The position numbers were made by a program, and so were the translations under genes. DNA of 64,000 nt, taken from positions 1-64,000 of IMG/VR virus record IMGVR_UViG_3300010354_000061; one strand, 5' to 3'. Within the stretch, counting starts at the first letter, position 1; every line of letters begins with the position of its first letter. The notes under the pieces were generated by a model. That model was not told where the DNA came from and searched no databases. It saw nothing but the letters and a program-made list of their open reading frames with translations. This stretch comes from a virus. This document shows, piece after piece, positions 40,167-49,317 of this stretch.

Positions 40167-42083
40167 ATGTCTCTCGAACAGTTAAATCGACAATCAATGA
40201 TCTTAAGAGACATAACGAGCGAGTTACGTCGCGCGGGATCGTTTGTTGCTGTAACGAACAATCAAATAGGAAAGAGAGCGACACGAGGTGTTGGAAAGCC
40301 TTCTTCTTTTTCTAATGTAAGAAAAGCGATGTCTGCTGTTGCGAAAAGATTGGTTGCTCAACCTGCAAAACAATTACAAAAAGGCATGACTGCAAGAGCA
40401 CGATTAGCTTCTCCGTTATCTCCCGAATATCAGATGGGAGGTACGGAACAACCGGCCAGTCAACAGCAACAACAACCAAGTCCGCAAGATATTTTAAAGT
40501 CTGCATCTTTATTAGCTGGTGCAGTTGCATTATCTAAAACAGATTTTAGCTCCTTAGTTTCAGGAATGCTATCAAGAATTATTACAAAAGATATTGCTGA
40601 TAAAATTGAAGAGAGAGCTGAGAGTATATCAAATGATTTGGATGGAGCGAAAGAAGATGTTGGTATTTTAGAAAAAATACTAGGTATTGCAAAACCTAAA
40701 GAAACAGAACCACCTAAAGAACCACCCACGCCTACACCTAAAGAACAACCACCCACGCCTACACCTAAAGAACAACCACCTACGCCTACACCTAAAGAGC
40801 CACTCAAAGAGCCACCTGAGCCGCCCAAAGAACCTCTACCCAAAGAGCCGCCAACTAAACCACCTAAAGAACAACCATCTAAAAAGCCGGCTAAGCCTGT
40901 CACTGAAGTTGCTCCGCCTACCATTGAACCACCTCCAAAAACTCAAGAACCACCCAAGCTGGAAGAACCTCCAAAAATTGAGCCTATTCCATCTAAACCT
41001 ATAACCCAAGTTGCTCCGCCTACCATTGAACCACCTCCAAAAACTCAAGAACCACCCAAGCTGGAAGAACCTCCAAAAATTGAACTTCCTCCGCCTAAAC
41101 CTATAACCCAAGTTAATCCACCTACAATTGAACCACCTCCAAAAACTCAAGAACCACCCAAGCTGGAGGAGCCCCCAAAAATTGAACCTGTTCCACCAAA
41201 AAAACCCGCAGAGCAAGCAAAGCCTGTGGGCAAACCTCCTTTTGTACAAAAGCCATCATCAGCTGCAGTCCCTGAAGCTTCGGTTGCCGTAAATTTTATC
41301 AAAGCAAAGGAAAGATTTAGCGGCAAAGCATATTGGGACGTAAAGGGTTACAGTGTTGGCTATGGACATTTCATACAACCAAAAGAGGCTGAGCAAAAAT
41401 TTATTGATCTTGGCGGTGGTGAAAAAGTTGTGGTGGTGGGGGACAAAGGTAAAGATACTACAATAACTAGAGAACAAGCTGACAAACTGTTTGCTAAAGA
41501 TTTAAAATACTTTGAAAAGGGGGTAGCTAGTTCTTTAGGAGAGTCGTGGGACAAACTTAACGAAAATCAAAAAGCAGCATTAGTTTCTTATGCTTATAAT
41601 ACTGGTATGGGGGGATTTAGAGACAGCCTCATTAAAAAAGGATTGAAAGACGCTATTAATGCTGGAGATACGGAAAAGGCTGCAAAGCTAATAGAAACTG
41701 GTATTGCAACAACACAGCGTGGATATTCCCAAGGTCTAGCTGCACGTAGAAAAGAAGAAGCGGATTTGTTTAGGAAAAAAACAGTTGTTTCGTCACTTGA
41801 TCAAGATAAGGCCCCACAAACTCCTGATGGTGAGAGGCAAGAACCTCCACAAGTGGCAGATACTTCTCCTTCTGCAACAAGGCAAGCGGCACTTGAACCA
41901 CCAGCTGAGCAAGGCCGTTCTCTCGACTCTCGCTCAGCCTTGGTTGCCTATGAACAACAGAAACAAAGTGAGGAAGCACCTCCCGTGATTAACGTTGTCG
42001 ATAACAGCACAATCGTCAATCAACGCAGGCAGGCGCCCCCTCAGACAAGCAGTCCTAGTACAATATACTCTTCGCTTACCTAA
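40167..42083 (+). CDS. virion-associated lysozyme (GH24-like) with Pro/Lys/Glu-rich repeat linker
   Basis: FIKAKERF..KAYWDVKGYSVGYGH; ITREQA..LF..DL; LNENQKAALVSYAYNTG; GL..RR.EEA.LF. Confidence 0.8.
   Translation: MSLEQLNRQSMILRDITSELRRAGSFVAVTNNQIGKRATRGVGKPSSFSNVRKAMSAVAKRLVAQPAKQLQKGMTARARLASPLSPEYQMGGTEQPASQQQQQPSPQDILKSASLLAGAVALSKTDFSSLVSGMLSRIITKDIADKIEERAESISNDLDGAKEDVGILEKILGIAKPKETEPPKEPPTPTPKEQPPTPTPKEQPPTPTPKEPLKEPPEPPKEPLPKEPPTKPPKEQPSKKPAKPVTEVAPPTIEPPPKTQEPPKLEEPPKIEPIPSKPITQVAPPTIEPPPKTQEPPKLEEPPKIELPPPKPITQVNPPTIEPPPKTQEPPKLEEPPKIEPVPPKKPAEQAKPVGKPPFVQKPSSAAVPEASVAVNFIKAKERFSGKAYWDVKGYSVGYGHFIQPKEAEQKFIDLGGGEKVVVVGDKGKDTTITREQADKLFAKDLKYFEKGVASSLGESWDKLNENQKAALVSYAYNTGMGGFRDSLIKKGLKDAINAGDTEKAAKLIETGIATTQRGYSQGLAARRKEEADLFRKKTVVSSLDQDKAPQTPDGERQEPPQVADTSPSATRQAALEPPAEQGRSLDSRSALVAYEQQKQSEEAPPVINVVDNSTIVNQRRQAPPQTSSPSTIYSSLT
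40700..41200 (+). repeat. intragenic tandem repeats (27-bp PKEQPPTPT units and three ~100-bp units)
   Basis: cctaaagaa(caa)ccacccacgcctaca x3; ccattgaaccacctccaaaaactcaagaaccacccaagctgga-like x3. Confidence 0.9.
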
Positions 42084-42989
42084 TTACTCCTCTTCAGCAA
42101 GCTTCTTAAAGAAATCCATGTTGTCTTCATCTTCATCAAACGCCTGACTGAGTTCCTTTGCAGGTTTTGTTGGACGTGAAGGAGCAGACATTGTTTCTTC
42201 CTCAAGATCGGCAGCACGGCTGGTAGGCTTGGGTGCCGATCCATCAAGACAAAGAACCTTGTGAAGCTTTGCTTTGAGTTCGTCGTAGGACTTGAAATTC
42301 TTTGCATCAACAAACTCACCAAGCTTGTGCTGCTTGTTCCACAGATCTTCAAGCTCCTTATCGTTTTCCGAAATCGGGGCAGGAGAATCAAACTCTGACT
42401 TGTCGTAGTTACGATATCCCTCAACATTACGAATCTTGATCTTGAAATTAGCACCCTCCCACATATCAAACGGGTTGAGCGGCTTCTCATCTTCGAACTC
42501 AGGATTCATTGCAGCATTGAGCTTATCAAAGATCTTCTTACCGAACTTAAAAAGAAACACCTTACCTTCGTTAGCAGGATTAGCAGGATCCTTAACAACA
42601 AGGATGTTTGAAAAGAAATTCAAACGACGCTTCTGCTTACGAACTTGCTGCTTGTTGGATTCGATACCAGAATTCCATAACTGGGAATTGTACTCAGAAA
42701 CGGGATCCTTCTGACCAAGAGTAGTCAAAGACTTCTCGATGTACCATCCACCAGGACCCTGGAATCCATGATCCCACACACGGACGAACGGAACGTCTTC
42801 ACCGGACGGTGCAGGCAAGAAACGAATGACAGCATAGCCGTTACCAGACTTGTCGACTTCTGGATACCAGAAACGATTGTCTTCTTGCTGACCCTGTTGC
42901 TGTTTGGAATCGAGTTTGGAGACTTCTGAGACGAGCTTATCGAAATTCGACTGACGAGACTTCTTGAGCTGAGCAAAACTTGTAGACAT
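42084..42989 (-). CDS. gp32: single-stranded DNA binding protein gp32
   Basis: DNRFW.P..DKSGNGYAVIRFLPAP; HGFQGPGGWYIE; FGKKIFDK; NPFD.WEGANFK.KIR; acidic tail. Confidence 0.95.
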   Translation of the reverse strand: MSTSFAQLKKSRQSNFDKLVSEVSKLDSKQQQGQQEDNRFWYPEVDKSGNGYAVIRFLPAPSGEDVPFVRVWDHGFQGPGGWYIEKSLTTLGQKDPVSEYNSQLWNSGIESNKQQVRKQKRRLNFFSNILVVKDPANPANEGKVFLFKFGKKIFDKLNAAMNPEFEDEKPLNPFDMWEGANFKIKIRNVEGYRNYDKSEFDSPAPISENDKELEDLWNKQHKLGEFVDAKNFKSYDELKAKLHKVLCLDGSAPKPTSRAADLEEETMSAPSRPTKPAKELSQAFDEDEDNMDFFKKLAEEE

Positions 42990-43074
42990 ATAATTACCTC
43001 GTATAAAAGTATGTTAGTATAACTTCTTATCCACTTAACCATAACAACACAACTACTTTACAACAAAAAGATAT

Positions 43075-43425
43075 TTACTTCAACTTCTTTTTTGGATTTC
43101 TGTTTATTTTTTCCGCCTTAATTGTTCTATACATGAACATTGCGGCTATGAATGCAATAAATGCATTCAGAAGAGTTTCACCTACAAATCCAAATCTAAA
43201 ATATGAAAATGGAAACTCATCACCAAAATATAACCCGAGAACAATTGTAAACCACGTAAATAAACTTGCAAGACCAGCCCACCATAAAGGAGTGACATGC
43301 CATCTTGGCATGTTTTTGTTATGAAATATTAAGTAAAAAGCCCCAGAAAACGTAACAAGATGAGCAACAAAATTGACTGGCTGAGCAAAAAAGTTTAAGA
43401 AGCTTACGAGATCAGGAGCGGTCAT
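43075..43425 (-). CDS. 3-TM membrane protein (possible lysis component)
   Basis: three hydrophobic segments, basic C-terminus; overlaps upstream membrane gene. Confidence 0.6.
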   Translation of the reverse strand: MTAPDLVSFLNFFAQPVNFVAHLVTFSGAFYLIFHNKNMPRWHVTPLWWAGLASLFTWFTIVLGLYFGDEFPFSYFRFGFVGETLLNAFIAFIAAMFMYRTIKAEKINRNPKKKLK

Positions 43426-43790
43426 TTTCTTCTCCCCCTTCTTACCTTAGTGGGTCTGTTGGGCGTTGTTCCTCTTACTTTATTTGCAAGATCAACAATG
43501 TCGTCGTCCCTGTTCTTGGCAAAGAAATTAGCCACTGCTCCCAAAATAGAATATGCAACAAAACCAACAGTGCCACCAGCCATCAACTGCATTTCCCAGT
43601 TTGTTGGAAGAGAAAATGTTACGAGAAGAGGAGTTGCAAAGATGATTGCAGCACCTGTTGAAATGCCACCTCTTGCAAATGCTTCACCAATTGTTCTTGG
43701 CTTAACAAATGACATCATACTCATACCACCAAACAACCCACCAATTGCAGACGCTATTTTTGCTGTGACGTAAGTACTGGGATCTCCCAT
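43422..43790 (-). CDS. putative holin-like membrane protein
   Basis: Gly-rich TM segments, basic tail; CATAAATA late-promoter-like box at 43822-43829. Confidence 0.5.
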   Translation of the reverse strand: MGDPSTYVTAKIASAIGGLFGGMSMMSFVKPRTIGEAFARGGISTGAAIIFATPLLVTFSLPTNWEMQLMAGGTVGFVAYSILGAVANFFAKNRDDDIVDLANKVRGTTPNRPTKVRRGRRK

Positions 43791-43813
43791 TGCCTCGCCC
43801 TTTATTATTGTTA

Positions 43814-44416
43814 TTATTTGTTATTTATGAAGCGGTCAATAGTGAGTTGGCGACACTTTTCATTGTTAAATCGCACGAATGGCTTATATTTATCAATTTT
43901 ACTTCTCACCTCTGGCCAAACAACACGATCATCAATATTTTTGCTCCAGTATTTAATGAATGGTGTAATACTGTCAAGTATAATAACTGTTTCAATACAC
44001 ACATCTTTTTGAAGATATAGTCTCAACAAAGTCGGATGTTGGCCGTCAATAACTTCGAAATTCTTGTTGTAGTTATCATCAAGCTTTGTAAGCTCATTTT
44101 GGTATTGGTAAGAGAGAGATTCTTGACGCTTGAGCCACTTCGCATACGTATTGTGTACCTTCATGTTTTCCATGAGATCACCAATCCACTGAGAAGGACC
44201 CAAGTCTACAAAGCTTGCAACAAGATATTGCTCTAGATTTTTTTGCTTGGAAAGCTTATAGAAAAAATACTTGTCTTTCCTGGTTTCAAAAGTAGCTGGC
44301 GTTACCTTTACGTGACCCTGATACTTAAAATAGTCGTATTTTGGGTTTGTAAAATGACTCTTTAACGCCAGATACTTTTTATATGCTTCAAAAGCTTCAG
44401 CCATTTCAGGCGACAT
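43814..44416 (-). CDS. gp59: helicase loader gp59
   Basis: FEAYKKYLALKSHFT..KYDYFKY.G; F..RKDKYFFYKLSK; GQHP.LL; KYKPF (start may be 44404). Confidence 0.9.
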   Translation of the reverse strand: MSPEMAEAFEAYKKYLALKSHFTNPKYDYFKYQGHVKVTPATFETRKDKYFFYKLSKQKNLEQYLVASFVDLGPSQWIGDLMENMKVHNTYAKWLKRQESLSYQYQNELTKLDDNYNKNFEVIDGQHPTLLRLYLQKDVCIETVIILDSITPFIKYWSKNIDDRVVWPEVRSKIDKYKPFVRFNNEKCRQLTIDRFINNK

Positions 44417-45038
44417 TGAGGTTACGGAAGATTAACCCTTGTTGACGAATATAACGCTGAGCCATCGTGGAAGCCTTACGCATTTCATTTGTTTCGTTAA
44501 TTAACAGTTCAAACCCACTTGCTTCCATAGCACCAATCCAATATTCAGGAGGCATGCAGTTTACGTGGTGATGGCCACCTTGACCTGGAAATGCGTGTGT
44601 CATTGTGACAATCTTACACGTCTTAAATGTCTCAAAGAAGTTTTGCATGTACTTCTTTTCCACATGCTCAACAAACTCAACACACCACGCTAAATCGCGA
44701 ACAGGATTACACTTGAACGGTCCCACAGTATAGTCATGAATAATCGTCACTTTGTTTACTGTATCTTCACGAGGACACAAATGATCACCATCAACTCCAA
44801 TCACGTCGATGCCACGCTGGATGAATTGCTTAACAACACCTCCAGGGCCACACCCAATATCAATAACAGACTTGATATTAAATGTTTTAATTAGGTAATC
44901 AATTGCTCCATCGTCAGTGTGAGTTTCAAAACCATGTCCTCCTAAATGGTCAGCAAGACCTGGTGTGGAATGGTCGGACGGTGGAACAAAATTGTATTCA
45001 ACTGGGGCCTTCTCGGGGCCAGCGGCACGTTCTGTCAT
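44406..45038 (-). CDS. class I SAM-dependent methyltransferase
   Basis: SVIDIGCGPG motif I; GVDG; DLAWCVEFVEH; PGQGG.HHVNC..PEYW. Confidence 0.8.
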   Translation of the reverse strand: MTERAAGPEKAPVEYNFVPPSDHSTPGLADHLGGHGFETHTDDGAIDYLIKTFNIKSVIDIGCGPGGVVKQFIQRGIDVIGVDGDHLCPREDTVNKVTIIHDYTVGPFKCNPVRDLAWCVEFVEHVEKKYMQNFFETFKTCKIVTMTHAFPGQGGHHHVNCMPPEYWIGAMEASGFELLINETNEMRKASTMAQRYIRQQGLIFRNLNVA

Positions 45039-45316
45039 AATGGTAACTTCCCTGTTTTTGGTAAATAATGAAGATCCTCAGCTTCTTCTTGAATTAATGC
45101 TTTCAGCTTAGGATTGTTTTTAATTAATGTTCCTGCAACCTCAACTTCTAAACCAGTTATTTCACAATAGTATACGACTGCCTCAATATAAGTCAACCGC
45201 TTATCTACAACCACCTTTTCAATTTCTGTTAAGATATTTTTGGAGGTGTGTATCTGAGCAATCTCTTTTTCTTGCTCAGGTGTGACGTGATAGTCATCAA
45301 ACAAAACTGTAATCAT
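45035..45316 (-). CDS. gp33: late transcription co-activator gp33
   Basis: IE..V......YIEAVV.YCE...LEVE...LI...LK..I..EAE.LHYLPKT.KLPL; ATG at 45316. Confidence 0.85.
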   Translation of the reverse strand: MITVLFDDYHVTPEQEKEIAQIHTSKNILTEIEKVVVDKRLTYIEAVVYYCEITGLEVEVAGTLIKNNPKLKALIQEEAEDLHYLPKTGKLPL

Positions 45317-45630
45317 TTGAATAACAGTAGAGCAAGTAGCACAGCTTGTACAATGAAACCAACACCGATTCCGGCCGACATGATGGTATCTTTTTGCATT
45401 AGAGCTCGACAGAACCATACAGCAAGGCCTGCCCAGATGAATAGAACGATGTCTATTGATGGAAGCTTATCGATTGTTCCGTTTTGAGCTGCAATGAGTG
45501 TTGGAATTGTAGCAAGATGGATGAACACCATTCCAATAATATCCAGAGATCTAATCGTACCGGTGACTAGATCATTCCATAGCTGCTTCAATGACTGCGA
45601 TGAGAACGACATCCCAGTTACTTTATTCAT
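45313..45630 (-). CDS. small 3-TM membrane protein (PQ-loop/SemiSWEET-like topology, tentative)
   Basis: three hydrophobic helices, IG..F...ATIP. Confidence 0.5.
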   Translation of the reverse strand: MNKVTGMSFSSQSLKQLWNDLVTGTIRSLDIIGMVFIHLATIPTLIAAQNGTIDKLPSIDIVLFIWAGLAVWFCRALMQKDTIMSAGIGVGFIVQAVLLALLLFK

Positions 45631-46156
45631 AAAATATGTGCCTTCCTATTTTTCCAATTCGCTTTTTCTTCCAACCAGGGTTAACATAGTCAGCATGGTA
45701 GTATAATGCATCCTGTAAAAGTTCTAAACGGAAGTCCTCCAAAAGAACTTTCTTTGCTGCTATGTATGATTCCTCGTACGATTTTGTATTCGTAGGAGCT
45801 AAACTTGAAGGATGAAGACAGTGCCAGGAAAATTGGCAGACAGTCTTCGACATTAGCGTATCTTTCTGATAGACAACCTTGCAGATATCTTTAGGAAAGT
45901 GTGGGGAGTTCGACCTATTGATTGTAACTTGAGCTACAGCTACTTTACCCTCAAAAGATTCCACACCAGCCTCATGATAAACGTTTAGAGCTAAACACTT
46001 AAGTTGTCTTTCCCTCTCTGCTGCTGTTATAAACTCCTTACCTTGATACTTATTGGTGAAACGTGATATAGCAGAATTTGTGGCAACAAATCCAACAAAT
46101 AGTCCAATTGCCACACACGCGATCGTAGCGATCGCGCTGACGGTTCTTTGAGACAT
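45623..46156 (-). CDS. cell wall hydrolase, SleB/Hydrolase_2 family, N-terminal TM
   Basis: CLALNVYHEA..E..EGKVAVAQVTINR; FP..IC.VVYQ; CQFSW; ALYYHADYVNP.W; IGRHIFY. Confidence 0.9.
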   Translation of the reverse strand: MSQRTVSAIATIACVAIGLFVGFVATNSAISRFTNKYQGKEFITAAERERQLKCLALNVYHEAGVESFEGKVAVAQVTINRSNSPHFPKDICKVVYQKDTLMSKTVCQFSWHCLHPSSLAPTNTKSYEESYIAAKKVLLEDFRLELLQDALYYHADYVNPGWKKKRIGKIGRHIFYE

Positions 46157-46179
46157 TTTTGTTCCTCTGTTGTTAAAAA

Positions 46180-46476
46180 GAAAGAGGTGTTTCTGTTTCC
46201 AGGTACACCTCCGAAACCCAGATAGCCGATATTAGGCGGCCATCAGATAAGTGTCTTCATTGGCACTTATGATTTTGCGCTTTTACGGTAGTCGCCTTCC
46301 GGGTTGCCATATAGCCATACTCCCTGCCCGTCGAAACCAATTCAGGCCCATCAGAAGCATACTATTCTTGATTTAATCAAGTGCCTTCGTTAGGGTCTGC
46401 AATAGTGTGCTTTTGGTGGACCTGCCCGGAATTGAACCGGGGTCCGAACAGCTTTCTTTCTACACAGTTTACAACC
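46180..46476 (-). ncRNA. ssrA: circularly permuted (two-piece) tmRNA, tag ANEDTYLMAA
   Basis: acceptor piece ..GGACCCCGGTTCAATTCCGGGCAGGTCCACCA (ends 46414) precedes coding piece GGGCCTGAATTGGTTTCGAC (starts 46349); acceptor stem with G3-U; tag ORF 46264-46232. Confidence 0.92.
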
Positions 46477-46627
46477 ATTCACCTACAGTGAGGCCCTTTT
46501 CCGTGGCCCACTTGTTAGCCTCTTCCATATGTTCAAAGACAGGGCTTGCTAAAGTGTCTTCCTCATTAACCCAAAACCATATGTCAGCGTGGCTCATACC
46601 ATCGTTGTACTTTATAAGTTTCAACAT
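46469..46627 (-). CDS. small hypothetical protein (52 aa)
   Basis: MLKLIKYNDG...GLTVGEWL*, fills gap; stop overlaps tmRNA 5' end. Confidence 0.5.
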   Translation of the reverse strand: MLKLIKYNDGMSHADIWFWVNEEDTLASPVFEHMEEANKWATEKGLTVGEWL

Positions 46628-46662
46628 ATTATTTCAACAACAAAATTATTTTGGTATATTAC

Positions 46663-47193
46663 TTATCTTAAAAACGTCGGTACAGGCCGTTTAGACCATT
46701 TTGCTAAGTGTTCCTTACCGTACTTGTAGTAGTTACGATAAGAGACGATTGAACTGCCTTTAACTTTGTAGTCATTAGGCATTGCCGGTGTTGGTTCTGT
46801 AAAATGGCTGTTAGGAATATTGGTTGGCAAGTTTGCTAAAGGACCAAGCAGTGCGGATGATTTGTGTTGCCTACCGTAACGAAACGTGTATTCATCCAAT
46901 AAGCACTCAAACAACCGATACAGCCACTGATAATTGCTGCTAGCCGAACGCACCCACAAAGCAGAAGGATGTTTCATATGAGCAGCTTCATAGATTGTTG
47001 AGTCTCGCTCGTCGTTTAACTTCCACCTAACAACAGTTTTCTTTCCTGTCTTGGTGGTGTACGGCTTGCCATCCAACACACGATGAGCTGTAGAAAGCAA
47101 TTGTGCGTACTCAACAATCATCTTCACACAATGCTTGTCATTATGCATTTCTGCACAACGACGTTGATCGTGGTCGAGATAGAAGATGTTCAC
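46663..47193 (-). CDS. pyrimidine-dimer DNA glycosylase (DenV/Pyr_excise-like)
   Basis: MNIFYLD....CA.MH.DKH.VKMIVEYAQLLSTAH; H..HPS..WVR.AS.NY.WL; EYT.RYGR.H; PAMP..YK. Confidence 0.8.
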   Translation of the reverse strand: MNIFYLDHDQRRCAEMHNDKHCVKMIVEYAQLLSTAHRVLDGKPYTTKTGKKTVVRWKLNDERDSTIYEAAHMKHPSALWVRSASSNYQWLYRLFECLLDEYTFRYGRQHKSSALLGPLANLPTNIPNSHFTEPTPAMPNDYKVKGSSIVSYRNYYKYGKEHLAKWSKRPVPTFLR

Positions 47194-47381
47194 GCTGTCA
47201 TTTCTAGCTGGAACTTATCCCGTTCAGACCCGCTAGTATACGTACCATCGACAAACGAGTTCCAAAACAGTCGCGCCCTGGCAAGCTCTTTGAAGTACAT
47301 GTTCTCGTTCCAACGACGAAGCTGATACGTCTTGAAATCTTCATCTGGATAACGAGCTGGATTAAAAGGATGAGTTGTCAT
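47190..47381 (-). CDS. hypothetical protein
   Basis: GGAG SD, sigma70 promoter upstream, overlap with next gene. Confidence 0.6.
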   Translation of the reverse strand: MTTHPFNPARYPDEDFKTYQLRRWNENMYFKELARARLFWNSFVDGTYTSGSERDKFQLEMTA

Positions 47382-47443
47382 TGTGGCTCCTATTGTTTTC
47401 CCTGGACAGGGGAATCATAACGAGTAAAAAATAAAAAGTCAAC

Positions 47444-47475
47444 AAAAAAAGCCACGCGCCTTTCGACGCGTGGCC
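47444..47475 (-). terminator. intrinsic terminator
   Basis: GCCACGCGTC-GAAA-GGCGCGTGGC followed by T7. Confidence 0.85.
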
Positions 47476-47487
47476 AACTTGCTGTGA

Positions 47488-48447
47488 TTAAGCCGCGTTG
47501 GCGTACTCAACAGCAGTTTCAAGGGCTTTGATCTTGAGGTTGCGGTTCTGACCAAACCAAGCAGACTTGAGACGCGTATCGTTCGAACGACCAATCTCAT
47601 GATCAGTGAGGAAGGTAACAGCATTGAACGCATTCCACCAAGTACCACGAGCAAACTCAGCACCAGGCTGGGCTTCAACAATCTCGACAGCTCGTGCTGC
47701 AGACTTCGACAGCTCTTTCTTGCTTTGTTCTTTCTGCGTGATTACAGGGAACACTGAAGACATATACTCTTTGAGCTTTTGTTCCGTGTACTTCTTGACA
47801 CCGAGGAACTCGGCCATCTCCTTATACTTCGCCAGCTTGTTGCTAGCGATACCAAGCGTTTCCTTAGCAGTGTTAGCATCAAACACACGACGATGCGATT
47901 GCTTAAACACTTGTTCAGAGCGAGAGTTAATAGCGAGAGTCAAGGTGTTATTACACACTACACGGATCGGTGTAAACCGAATGTCGATCCCCTGACCAAA
48001 CTTGTGGGGATTGGTAAACAGTAGATAGGATTCAACCGTGTCCTTCTTGAACACAGTAAAGCCATCGTTTACCTTAGCAAGCGCCCACACAATACGACCA
48101 CCATCGAGCGAGCCAGCAGTGTGCATTTGCATGTCACCAGCTTCGACAAACTCACTAAAGAAATCAAACGCGTCTTGGTTCTGCACAGGGTTCCAGTCGT
48201 TCGACACAACACCAAGAACCTTGTGGTCAGTCATCCGAGTAAGAGCAGACCAGCCGACAGAAACCTTCTTACCGTCGATAGTTGAATATGCAGGAATTTT
48301 TTGAACTTCCCAATCAAGCTCGGCAGCTTTGAGCATTTGGTCGGTCGAGAGATCAGCAGGAACTTCTTTACCAAGCCCATGCCACGGCACCTCGCCAGCA
48401 TAGGCCATTTTTGCAACACCATTCACAATTTCAAGTTTGTGTGCCAT
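47488..48447 (-). CDS. DUF932 family protein
   Basis: PWHGLG; A.LDWEV; PVQN..AF.FF; TAGSL.GGR.VWALA; TPIRVVCNNTL; GT.W.AFNAVT...DH. Confidence 0.85.
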   Translation of the reverse strand: MAHKLEIVNGVAKMAYAGEVPWHGLGKEVPADLSTDQMLKAAELDWEVQKIPAYSTIDGKKVSVGWSALTRMTDHKVLGVVSNDWNPVQNQDAFDFFSEFVEAGDMQMHTAGSLDGGRIVWALAKVNDGFTVFKKDTVESYLLFTNPHKFGQGIDIRFTPIRVVCNNTLTLAINSRSEQVFKQSHRRVFDANTAKETLGIASNKLAKYKEMAEFLGVKKYTEQKLKEYMSSVFPVITQKEQSKKELSKSAARAVEIVEAQPGAEFARGTWWNAFNAVTFLTDHEIGRSNDTRLKSAWFGQNRNLKIKALETAVEYANAA

Positions 48448-48517
48448 AATATAATCTCCTAAGTGTTTATCAATTAACTACAATGACCATTCTAGACTTT
48501 TTGTGAAAAAAAGTCAA

Positions 48518-49273
48518 CTATATTGAGTAAGATCCACTTATTTGTGCGTAATGAATAGTAAGTGGTGAACTATTACCACCATAGTAACTGAGAGTAACGT
48601 TCATGCCAATACTAATAAAATGGTCTGTTCGTGATAATTTGCCGGTGTTCCATTGACCTGTGGTTCCTATACTCCACCCACCTACTGACCCAAATGATAC
48701 AGGATTGCTTAGTGAGTAACTTAATGTGACTGTGCCAGTTTTAATTCTAGATCCACTAAATGCACCGGAAAGTGATGTCAAACCATTTTGGTTACCATAA
48801 TCAGTAACAGAAGCAAAAGGGTAGCCAACAGGCTTAATTGCAGGAACTATAGCAAAATTAGTGCTCGAATCAACCACAACAAACGAATCATATGTTACTC
48901 CGATAGTAACTGTCATGTTTTGTGTTTGAACAGTGGCATTAGCATAAGCTGTTGTATCATAAACATCAACATCAAGAGCTCCCACACTAAATTGTGTACC
49001 TTGTGTATATGCAGGAACATAATAGGAGCCACCTGAAGCAACAAAATTTGTAGTATAAAAAGAATCGGTTCTTGTTCGAGAAGGAGCAACCTGTCCACTA
49101 TCATATGTTCTTGTTCTGTTTTTGTTTTGAAGATCACTATATGATATAGTACCAGACGTTCGGTTAGCTAAACGTCTCACCCTTTCTCCGTTGAGCACCA
49201 CTATGTTTGTTGGTGATCTATCCAATTCTATATTAATATCACTTGCTGCTATTTGACCGGATGGAGTAGTCAT
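48518..49273 (-). CDS. fibre-tip/adhesin-like virion protein
   Basis: MTTPSGQIAASDINIEL...VRRLA..TSGTISYSDL.NK attachment motif, then beta-rich domain; late promoter box 49299-49306. Confidence 0.65.
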   Translation of the reverse strand: MTTPSGQIAASDINIELDRSPTNIVVLNGERVRRLANRTSGTISYSDLQNKNRTRTYDSGQVAPSRTRTDSFYTTNFVASGGSYYVPAYTQGTQFSVGALDVDVYDTTAYANATVQTQNMTVTIGVTYDSFVVVDSSTNFAIVPAIKPVGYPFASVTDYGNQNGLTSLSGAFSGSRIKTGTVTLSYSLSNPVSFGSVGGWSIGTTGQWNTGKLSRTDHFISIGMNVTLSYYGGNSSPLTIHYAQISGSYSI

Positions 49274-49317
49274 AAATCCTCCTAGTTTTGTTACAAACTA
49301 TTTATGAGGATTTGACC

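Noticed and set aside
42990-43070. gp32 autoregulatory leader (ATAC repeats)
   Set aside because: Plausible from T4 precedent, but no clear pseudoknot could be drawn
46414-46445. Stand-alone tRNA fragment or att site
   Set aside because: It is the acceptor half of an intact permuted tmRNA; no integrase nearby
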